Part shown: in pieces, positions 17,385-24,000 of the stretch
Layout: every line of letters begins with the position of its first letter
Numbering within the stretch: the first letter of the stretch is position 1
DNA from: Cohnella phaseoli
GTDB taxonomy: Bacteria > Bacillota > Bacilli > Paenibacillales > Paenibacillaceae
Assembly (NCBI RefSeq): GCF_003386235.1
Contig: NZ_QRDZ01000024.1
Span: 105,405 to 129,404 of the forward strand
Reading direction: 5' to 3'
Length of the DNA stretch: 24,000 nucleotides
The notes under the pieces: generated by a model
The model's input: only the letters and a program-made list of their open reading frames with translations
Told to the model about the DNA's origin: nothing
Databases searched by the model: none
Program-made: the position numbers and the translations under genes

Positions 17385-18008
17385 CTATTTGCCCGCCGCT
17401 CCGTTCAAGAACAAAGCCACGATGGATGCCGCCAGATGCTCTGGGGAGAACACCTCTTCGCCGATTCGTTCGCGGCTACCGATCATCAGCAGGGAGGAGA
17501 ACGCGTGGGACAGCAGCATCGGATGACCTTGCGGAATCTCGCCGCTTTCCATCGCTCTCGCGAATTCTGCCGCCAGCACCTCGTGAATCCGATACTCCGC
17601 CCGGCGAATTTCGGCGCGCTGCTCCTCGCCGAGCGAAGGATAAGCCTCCCGCATCAAGCTTTCGAATTCAACATGAGCCTGCGATTTCGTCATTTTGGAT
17701 AGGGCGATCTGTGCAAGACGTTCGCGCAAGCTTCCGCCGGCCTGGATGATCCGTTCGGTAATGGCGCTAATTCGCAGCATCATTTCCGTTACGGCGGCGG
17801 TAAACAGCACCGCTTTATTCTCGAAATAATAGTAGACGGACGCCTTCGTAACTCCCGCCCGTTCGGCAATCATATTGACGGAGACCGGCTCATACCCTAA
17901 TTCCATAAACAGGACGGATGCGGTCAGCAGCACCTTGTCTCTCATCGACGGATGGTCCGCTCCGCTCTTCGGTCTTCCGGGGGCGCGCTTGGCGCGTTTC
18001 TCGCTCAT
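17385..18008 (-). CDS. TetR/AcrR family transcriptional regulator
   Basis: 207 aa from ATG 18008, with GAAGGAGGGG 6 nt upstream; the track start at 18140 runs through the AT-rich intergenic region. N-terminal HTH ...LLTASVLFMELGYEPVSVNMIAERAGVTKASVYYYFENK. Divergent from the MMPL gene. Confidence 0.88.
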   Translation of the reverse strand: MSEKRAKRAPGRPKSGADHPSMRDKVLLTASVLFMELGYEPVSVNMIAERAGVTKASVYYYFENKAVLFTAAVTEMMLRISAITERIIQAGGSLRERLAQIALSKMTKSQAHVEFESLMREAYPSLGEEQRAEIRRAEYRIHEVLAAEFARAMESGEIPQGHPMLLSHAFSSLLMIGSRERIGEEVFSPEHLAASIVALFLNGAAGK

Positions 18009-18040
18009 CGCTTTCCCCTCCTTCGGTTGAAATTTTCTCG

Positions 18041-18108
18041 TTGCATAATTAACCTTCCGGTATATATAATTAATTTGCATTCCAATTAAATTATATCCGA
18101 AATTCGGA
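18041..18108 (+). promoter_or_regulatory. Divergent TetR/MMPL control region: candidate promoter TTGCAT-N18-TATAAT flanked by inverted repeats
   Basis: -35 TTGCAT (18041-18046), -10 TATAAT (18065-18070). The imperfect inverted repeat TGCATAATTAA (18042-18052) / TTAATTTGCA (18070-18079) brackets the promoter. A perfect palindrome TCCGAA-A-TTCGGA lies at 18096-18108. Confidence 0.45.
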
Positions 18109-18160
18109 GCGCGCACAGCTTTGAATAGAAACTGCACCATTCAAAGGAGGATCATTCGTT

Positions 18161-20383
18161 ATGAGCAATAAGAAAAGCGGCTACGGAAATTGGGTCGCCG
18201 GCAAGAGAAGCAAGTGGATTACGCTGCTGGTCTGGATTGCCGCAGCCGGCCTGCTGAGCGCGCTGCTCCCGTCCGTAAACAGCCAGGAAATCAACAATTC
18301 CCCTAATCTGAAATCCGGAAAGCCTTCCGTGCAGGCGGATGCCGTCGCCGCGCGCGAATTCCCGAGCGGCTCCGACATTCCGGCGCTCGTCGTGCTGCAT
18401 AAGGGCAGCGGGCTCACAGAAACCGAGTTGGATGTCGTCCGCAAGCTGACGGAGAAGCTAAGCGCCTCGCCCGTGCCGCACCAGACGGCCGTCCCGCCAT
18501 TTCACACTCTGCCTCCGCAAGCTCTGCAGAGCCAGTTGTCCGAAGATGGGAGTACGTTCGTACTTCCCGTTCTGTTCGCCAAAGACGCGGGCGCGGAGAA
18601 TTTAAAGGAGGGCGTAACCGAGCTTAAGCATGAGTTAGTCGCCATCGCCGGAGCCGATCCGTTCGCCGAACCCCGCGACTCCGCGGACAAACTAAGCGCG
18701 CGAGTGACCGGACCGGTCGGCATCCAGATCGATGCGACGGGCCTGTTCAAGGACGCAGACGTCAGTCTTCTGATCGGAACCGTGCTGCTCGTGCTTATTT
18801 TGCTTTTGCTCATCTATCGGTCGCCGATTCTTGCCCTTCTGCCTCTCGTCGCGGTAGGCTTCGCATACGGAGTCATCAGTCCGCTGCTCGGTTGGATGGC
18901 TAGCAAAGGCTGGATCGTCGTCGACGGCCAAGCGATCTCGATTATGACCGTTCTATTGTTCGGAGCCGGTACGGATTATTGTTTGTTTCTGATTTCCCGC
19001 TTCCGCCAGCTGCTGAGGACCGAGACGAGCAAAACCAGAGCGCTGCTCGCCGCCGTCACCGGCTCGTCGGGCGCGATTGCAATGAGCGGCTTAACCGTCG
19101 TCATTGCGCTTTTGACGCTTCTCGTGGCGGAATACGGAGCTTATCAGCGGTTCGCAATACCGTTCAGCTTGGCCATTCTGATTATGGGTATCGCCAGCCT
19201 GACGCTCGTTCCGGCAATGCTCGCCATTCTCGGCCGGGCCTCCTTCTACCCATTCGTGCCTAGAACGCCGGAGATGCAGCGGGAACGCGCCGCACGCAAG
19301 GGCAAACCGGCTCCCGCCGCTCCCAAAGAGCCTCGCAATTGGGCCGGTCGAATCGTAACGGGCAAGCCTTGGACCGTGCTGTTCGTCTGCCTTCTGTTTC
19401 TCGGCGGGTTGGCGGCCGTTACGCCGCAAATCAAATTCACCTACGATCTGCTGTCGTCTTTTCCGAAGGATATGGAGTCCAGGGAAGGGTTTGCCGTAAT
19501 CGGCGAGCAGTTCTCTCCGGGCGAGCTGGCGCCGGCGAAGATCATCGTCGATACGCAAGGCAAGCCCGTCGCCCTGGGTGAGAAGCTGGCCGACCTGCCC
19601 TACGTCGATGTCTTATCTGAGCCGCAGACGGGCAAGTCCGATCCGAACATCGTCGCGTATGAGGTTCAGTTCGATCTGAATCCGTACTCCATTGAGGCGA
19701 TGAACCATATTCCCGAGCTGCGGAAGGTTGCGGAGCAAGCATTGGCGGAGTCCGGCGTCGCAAATCCGCAGGACGGCGTCTGGATCGGCGGTCAGACGGC
19801 GGAGCAGTACGACAACAAAACGACGGGAGAACGGGATACGAGGCTTGTCATTCCGATCGTTATCGGGCTGATCTCTTTGCTCCTGCTGCTGTATTTACGC
19901 TCGGTCGTCGCAACCGTCTATCTCGTGCTCACCGTCATCGTTTCCTTTTTCTCCGCGCTGGGGCTCGGTTGGCTGGTCGTTCACTACGGGATGGGGGCCG
20001 AGGCGATACAGGGGGCGATTCCGCTGTACTCGTTCGTTTTCCTGGTCGCGCTGGGCGAGGACTACAACATCTTCATGATCTCGAGCATCTGGCAAAAAAG
20101 AAAACGGATGCCGCTTAAGCAGGCGATCAAGGAAGGCGTTGGCGAGACGGGTTCCGTCATCACATCTGCGGGGCTTATTCTCGCCGGAACGTTCGCCGTG
20201 CTGGCCACGCTGCCGATTCAGGTGCTCGTTCAATTCGGCACGATTACCGCAATCGGGGTGCTGCTGGACACGTTCGTCGTGCGCCCGTTCCTCGTACCGG
20301 CCATTACGCTGCTACTCGGGCGCTGGGCGTTCTGGCCGGGCAAGCTGGAGCCGGTTGGGGAAAAGGATTCCGCCTTGAAGTGA
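18161..20383 (+). CDS. MMPL-family (RND superfamily) membrane transporter
   Basis: 740 aa with two blocks of about 6 TM helices separated by soluble domains, and the typical MMPL motifs GAGTDYCLFLISRFR and ALGEDYNIFMISS. AAAGGAGG upstream of the ATG. Resembles B. subtilis YdfJ/YdgH-type proteins. Confidence 0.88.
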   Translation: MSNKKSGYGNWVAGKRSKWITLLVWIAAAGLLSALLPSVNSQEINNSPNLKSGKPSVQADAVAAREFPSGSDIPALVVLHKGSGLTETELDVVRKLTEKLSASPVPHQTAVPPFHTLPPQALQSQLSEDGSTFVLPVLFAKDAGAENLKEGVTELKHELVAIAGADPFAEPRDSADKLSARVTGPVGIQIDATGLFKDADVSLLIGTVLLVLILLLLIYRSPILALLPLVAVGFAYGVISPLLGWMASKGWIVVDGQAISIMTVLLFGAGTDYCLFLISRFRQLLRTETSKTRALLAAVTGSSGAIAMSGLTVVIALLTLLVAEYGAYQRFAIPFSLAILIMGIASLTLVPAMLAILGRASFYPFVPRTPEMQRERAARKGKPAPAAPKEPRNWAGRIVTGKPWTVLFVCLLFLGGLAAVTPQIKFTYDLLSSFPKDMESREGFAVIGEQFSPGELAPAKIIVDTQGKPVALGEKLADLPYVDVLSEPQTGKSDPNIVAYEVQFDLNPYSIEAMNHIPELRKVAEQALAESGVANPQDGVWIGGQTAEQYDNKTTGERDTRLVIPIVIGLISLLLLLYLRSVVATVYLVLTVIVSFFSALGLGWLVVHYGMGAEAIQGAIPLYSFVFLVALGEDYNIFMISSIWQKRKRMPLKQAIKEGVGETGSVITSAGLILAGTFAVLATLPIQVLVQFGTITAIGVLLDTFVVRPFLVPAITLLLGRWAFWPGKLEPVGEKDSALK

Positions 20384-20433
20384 ACCGACGCCGGGCGGAA
20401 GATAGTATTGCCAAAACGATGATCTAATCGGCT

Positions 20434-21714
20434 TCAGATCCGCCGTATCGTTTGGTTCCGGTGAGGACCGACCGATACGGCGGTTATTTTTACGTCGACA
20501 GCCGACTCGATGTAGGCAACGTAGCTTCTGGCTTCCTCGGGCAGCTCGTCAAACGAACGGCAAGTGGAAATGTCGCTTTGCCACCCCGGCAGCCTCCAGA
20601 GAACCGGCTTCGCTTTCTGCAGCTGCGGCAACGTCGGGAAATCCTCGCCGACTGTTCCATCAATCTCGTATCCGACGCATACCGGAATTTCCTCCAAGTA
20701 GCCCAGTACGTCCAGGTTCGTAAGCGCGACCTCCGTCGCTCCCTGTATGGCACAGCCGTAACGCGTCGCCACGACGTCGAACCATCCCACCCGTCTCGGA
20801 CGGCCGGTGACCACCCCATATTCTCCGGCGTCTCCTCCTCTGCGCCGAAGTTCTTCGGCTTCCTCCGCAGCCAGCTCGGAGACGAACGGCCCTGCTCCTA
20901 CGCAAGAAGAGTAGGCTTTGACAACGGCCATTACATTGGAAATCGCATACGGCGGCAAGCCTGCTCCGACCGCGCCATGACCGGCAAGAGTCGAGGAGGA
21001 CGTCGAATAGGGATAAATGCCGTGATCCGGGTCTCGCAGCGCTCCGAGCTGCCCTTCAAGCAAGATCGACTCCCCGTTCGCGTACGCGCGTTGGAGCAAC
21101 TTCGTCGTGTCGCATACATACGGAACCAGTTTTTCTCCGAGTTCGACAAGCTGATCGACCAAGTCGCCCACTTCCAAGGCCGATCGGCCGTACAAATGCT
21201 CAAGCAGTACGTTTTTGGCTGCGAAAGTCCGTTCCAGCTTGCCTCGCACAATATCCGCATGAAGCAAATCGGCAACCTGGATGCCAAGCTTGGCGTATTT
21301 ATCCGCGTAAAACGGGGCGATGCCATTCCTCGTCGAACCGAAGCTTTGCGCGCCGAGTCTTATCTCCTCCAGCTCATCCAACAGCCGATGCACGGGAAGC
21401 ACGATTTGGGCCCGCTCCGACAAGCGGACCGTCGGTCTGGCCACTCCGCGCTCCTCCAACCGCTCAAGCTCGGACAGCATGCGCTCGGCGTCCAGCGCGA
21501 CTCCGGGTCCGATGACATTAACGGTCTGCGGATGGAATACGCCGGAAGGAAGCATTCGCAGAGCAAACTTCCCGTAATCGTTAATGATCGTGTGTCCGGC
21601 GTTGCTTCCTCCTTGATATCTGACCACGTAAGATGCCTTCTCCGCGCAAAGATCGGTCATTTTCCCCTTGCCCTCGTCTCCCCAATTCGCTCCTACAATT
21701 GCCGTAACCGTCAT
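20434..21714 (-). CDS. purA: Adenylosuccinate synthase family protein (divergent PurA, possibly a paralogue)
   Basis: 426 aa, colinear with PurA: GANWGDEGKGK P-loop, YVVRYQGGSNAGHT, TGRPRRVGWFD, SVGPHR. Several substrate-site motifs deviate (see finding). GGAGG lies 9 nt upstream of the ATG. Confidence 0.85.
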   Translation of the reverse strand: MTVTAIVGANWGDEGKGKMTDLCAEKASYVVRYQGGSNAGHTIINDYGKFALRMLPSGVFHPQTVNVIGPGVALDAERMLSELERLEERGVARPTVRLSERAQIVLPVHRLLDELEEIRLGAQSFGSTRNGIAPFYADKYAKLGIQVADLLHADIVRGKLERTFAAKNVLLEHLYGRSALEVGDLVDQLVELGEKLVPYVCDTTKLLQRAYANGESILLEGQLGALRDPDHGIYPYSTSSSTLAGHGAVGAGLPPYAISNVMAVVKAYSSCVGAGPFVSELAAEEAEELRRRGGDAGEYGVVTGRPRRVGWFDVVATRYGCAIQGATEVALTNLDVLGYLEEIPVCVGYEIDGTVGEDFPTLPQLQKAKPVLWRLPGWQSDISTCRSFDELPEEARSYVAYIESAVDVKITAVSVGPHRNQTIRRI

Positions 21715-21768
21715 TTTCCTCGGCCTCCACTTTTGTTTTCTCTGTACAAGGCTTATTATAGAGGCAGT

Positions 21769-21785
21769 ATTATTATAAAAATAAT
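21769..21785. promoter_or_regulatory. Candidate LysR-type binding site, ATTAT-N7-ATAAT (contains T-N11-A)
   Basis: Dyad in the 104-bp divergent intergenic region between the PurA-like and LysR genes. TTATTATA also occurs twice (21753-21760 and 21770-21777). Confidence 0.4.
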
Positions 21786-21824
21786 TGATATTCCTAATAC
21801 CCGATATAAACGGAGATTATGCCT

Positions 21825-22751
21825 ATGGATATGAATACGGAATGGTATCGCGTTTTTTACCGAACTGCGCTTTGCGGCAGCTTGTCCAAGGCGGCGGAAA
21901 CGCTGCACATTACGCAGCCGGCAGTCAGCCACACGATCAAGCAGCTTGAGCGTCAGCTCGGGACGCCCTTGTTCTTCCGCACGCCGAAAGGCGTTGTGCT
22001 GACCCATGAAGGAAAAGCGCTGTTTGCCTATGTCGAACAAGCGTTTCGAATGATGGAAGCCGGGGAGAAGAAGCTCGCGGAAATGCGCGACCTCGAAAGC
22101 GGGGAGATCCATATCGGAGCGAGCGACACGCTGTGCAAGCACTATCTGCTGCCCTACCTGAGAAAATATCGCGCAGCTTATCCTAAAGTGCGGATACACG
22201 TCACCAACCGGACTACCGACGAGACGCTCGGATTGCTGAAAAACGGCCACATCGACTTCGGACTCGTGAATCTTCCGGTCGACGACGACAAAATCGAGAT
22301 CAGAGAAAGCTTGACCTTGCATGAATGTTTGATCGGGGACGTCGGCTTCTCGCCGGACGGAGGAAAATCTCTGACGCTTGCGGAGCTGCAAAACTATTCG
22401 CTTATTCTGCTGGAATCCGGCGGCAGCATCCGGCGGTTCCTCGACCGGTATGCCTTGTCCCACGGGGTCGTATTGAATCCTGAGCTTGAGCTGGGCAGCA
22501 TCGATCTGATCGTGCAATTCGTTCGCAACGGGTTCGGACTCGCCTTCGCGGCGCGGGAATTTATCGAGGAGGAATTGGCGTCCGGACAGGTTGCCGAAAT
22601 CCCGCTGCTCCCTCCCCCGCCGCCCCGTCGAATCGGCATCGTAACGCTGAAGGGAACTCCGCTGTCCGCCGCTTCGAAGCGGTTTATTGCGCTGCTTCCA
22701 TACGAAAAGGCTGCTTCCAAGTCCGGCGGAACCTCAGTTCCGACCGATTAG
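21825..22751 (+). CDS. LysR family transcriptional regulator
   Basis: N-terminal HTH YRVFYRTALCGSLSKAAETLHITQPAVSHTIKQLERQLG plus a C-terminal substrate-binding domain. Three in-frame ATGs (21819, 21825, 21831); 21825 has the best spacing to GGAG. Confidence 0.9.
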   Translation: MDMNTEWYRVFYRTALCGSLSKAAETLHITQPAVSHTIKQLERQLGTPLFFRTPKGVVLTHEGKALFAYVEQAFRMMEAGEKKLAEMRDLESGEIHIGASDTLCKHYLLPYLRKYRAAYPKVRIHVTNRTTDETLGLLKNGHIDFGLVNLPVDDDKIEIRESLTLHECLIGDVGFSPDGGKSLTLAELQNYSLILLESGGSIRRFLDRYALSHGVVLNPELELGSIDLIVQFVRNGFGLAFAAREFIEEELASGQVAEIPLLPPPPPRRIGIVTLKGTPLSAASKRFIALLPYEKAASKSGGTSVPTD

Positions 22752-22775
22752 ACTTGAAAGCAGCCTTATCTTATC

Positions 22776-23567
22776 CTATTCCGGCTTGCGAGCGACGTAA
22801 AACAATCTTTCCGATTCCGCATTGGGCTTGTCCCAATTGAAATCGGCGACGCGATGCAGCAGCTCGAAGCCGGCTTGCTCCAGTTCCCTGGCAATCCAAT
22901 CCGGATCGTACGCCCTCTGCACATGGGACTCCTCGAAGCGGCTGTATAGCGCGCCCGTGCCTGGAGCCGTCGCGTCTTCGCGAATAAAAAACGTCAGCGA
23001 ATGCTCAATCTCCATCCGCTCCTCGTCGTAGTCGCTCGTCCACAAGTACGCCACATCCGGCTCATCGTAGACGAACGGCTGCTCCTCCGCATACCGTTCC
23101 AGTTGACGCGGAGAATGAACGTCGAACAGGAACAGTCCGCCCGGCGCAAGCCCCTGGTAAGTCTGCCGAATCGTCGCCGAGACGTCCTCCGGCTCCGTCA
23201 GGTAGTTCAGACAGTCGCAGAAGCTGATAACCGCGTCCGCCGGATGGGGCAGCTCCCAATCTCGCATATCCTGCTGCAGCCAGCGAATCGTTCCGGGCTC
23301 ATCCCGATAGCCGCTGCGGCTTGGCGGCTCATCCCATTTGCTGCGGGCGACCGAGAGCATCTCCGCGGAAATGTCGATGGCGAATACGCTAAAGCCCGAG
23401 CGGGCAAGCGGAATCGACAGATTGCCCGTGCCGCAGCCAAGGTCGACGACCGTCTTAGGAATGCCGTAACGATCCCAGCATTTGCGAGCGAAGCTCAGCC
23501 AGTCGGAATACGGCATCTCCTCCATCAGACGGTCGTAGACCGCCGCGAATTGACGATAAGTGCGCAT
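22776..23567 (-). CDS. Class I SAM-dependent methyltransferase (YqeM-like)
   Basis: 263 aa with motif I VVDLGCGTGNLSIPLA, and post-I and motif II regions (FAIDIS, VISFCDCLNYL). B. subtilis has the methyltransferase yqeM next to comER. Confidence 0.85.
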   Translation of the reverse strand: MRTYRQFAAVYDRLMEEMPYSDWLSFARKCWDRYGIPKTVVDLGCGTGNLSIPLARSGFSVFAIDISAEMLSVARSKWDEPPSRSGYRDEPGTIRWLQQDMRDWELPHPADAVISFCDCLNYLTEPEDVSATIRQTYQGLAPGGLFLFDVHSPRQLERYAEEQPFVYDEPDVAYLWTSDYDEERMEIEHSLTFFIREDATAPGTGALYSRFEESHVQRAYDPDWIARELEQAGFELLHRVADFNWDKPNAESERLFYVARKPE

Positions 23568-23630
23568 TGCTGCAACTCCAGTCCTTAAGTTAAAATTTCC
23601 GCTCGCCGGCTAGTTGCCCGCATGCGAAAA

Positions 23631-24000
23631 TTAGTCCTTGTTCTCATCCTCGGTCAAGCCGTCCGCGGACTTCAAGTGCGTCCAGTTGCCCTTCTGCTCA
23701 ATGAGTCCATCCTTCATCAGCTTGCCAAGCGCCCGCTTAAACGCAGACTTGCTAAGCTGAAAGCGCCGCTGAATATCCTCGGCATTCGTCTGGTCGGAGT
23801 AGGGCATAGCGCCGCCCGGACGCTCTTTCAGAAACGCCAAAATCCGGTCCGCATCCTCCAGCCGGCCGACTTCCTTCGTCGCCTTGACGCTGAGCGACAC
23901 CCGTCCGTCTTCGCGGACTTGCGTGACGCGCGCGCGGAATTTCTGTCCGACGCGCAGCGGATGAATCATGGCGCTCTCGTTGATGTATCCGAGCGCCCCA
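23631..24000 (-). CDS. S1 RNA-binding domain protein, CvfB/YitL family, C-terminal part (gene continues past the right edge)
   Basis: The frame is open from the window edge (GALGYINESAMIHPLRVGQKFRARVTQVREDGRVSLSVK = end of an S1-like domain). It is followed by a winged-helix-like tail (LSKSAFKRALGKLMKDGLIEQKG). Family call from recalled pattern. Confidence 0.65.
   Translation of the reverse strand, partial: GALGYINESAMIHPLRVGQKFRARVTQVREDGRVSLSVKATKEVGRLEDADRILAFLKERPGGAMPYSDQTNAEDIQRRFQLSKSAFKRALGKLMKDGLIEQKGNWTHLKSADGLTEDENKD

Noticed and set aside
20434-21714. PurZ (phage 2-aminoadenine pathway) identity for the PurA-like gene
   Set aside because: No phage context and no companion dATPase or dUTPase-like genes. 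The locus is chromosomal with a LysR neighbour. Sequence alone cannot support this, so I keep it only as a comparison set for phylogeny.

Overview
GC-rich chromosomal segment from an endospore-forming Bacillales genome, probably Paenibacillus-like (inferred from gene content, gene order and codon bias). No searches were run, so all family calls come from reading the translations. The backbone matches the B. subtilis spoIIP-gpr-rpsT-holA-comEC-comEB-comEA/comER neighbourhood, mostly on the minus strand. Left to right: a partial MutS2-like gene, a yqxA-like gene, spoIIP, gpr, rpsT (+), holA, an ECF sigma/anti-sigma pair, comEC, a small AT-rich inserted gene, comEB, an O-acetylhomoserine sulfhydrylase, comEA, comER (+), leuS with a T-box leader, a divergent TetR/MMPL pair, a divergent PurA-like/LysR pair, a SAM methyltransferase and a partial CvfB/YitL-like S1-domain gene. 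I saw no tRNA, rRNA, CRISPR array, transposase or integrase. Most of the window is ordinary core genome. Three things deserve a second look. (1) A ~690-bp AT-rich cassette splits comEB from comEC. It is bracketed by a duplicated 54/56-nt terminator hairpin and carries an orphan small nuclease-like protein, an outward-facing consensus promoter and a foldable unclassified leader RNA ending in a terminator just before comEC. (2) A ~350-nt leader precedes the MutS2-like gene, with a near-consensus promoter, a 7-codon uORF and two tandem terminators. (3) A PurA paralogue with altered substrate-site motifs is paired with a LysR regulator. In three unrelated cases here (MutS2-like gene, comEC, the cassette gene) an intrinsic terminator U-tract ends 6-18 nt before the Shine-Dalgarno sequence, so these genes can only be expressed by terminator read-through. 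The many long ORFs antisense to real genes are GC-bias shadows.
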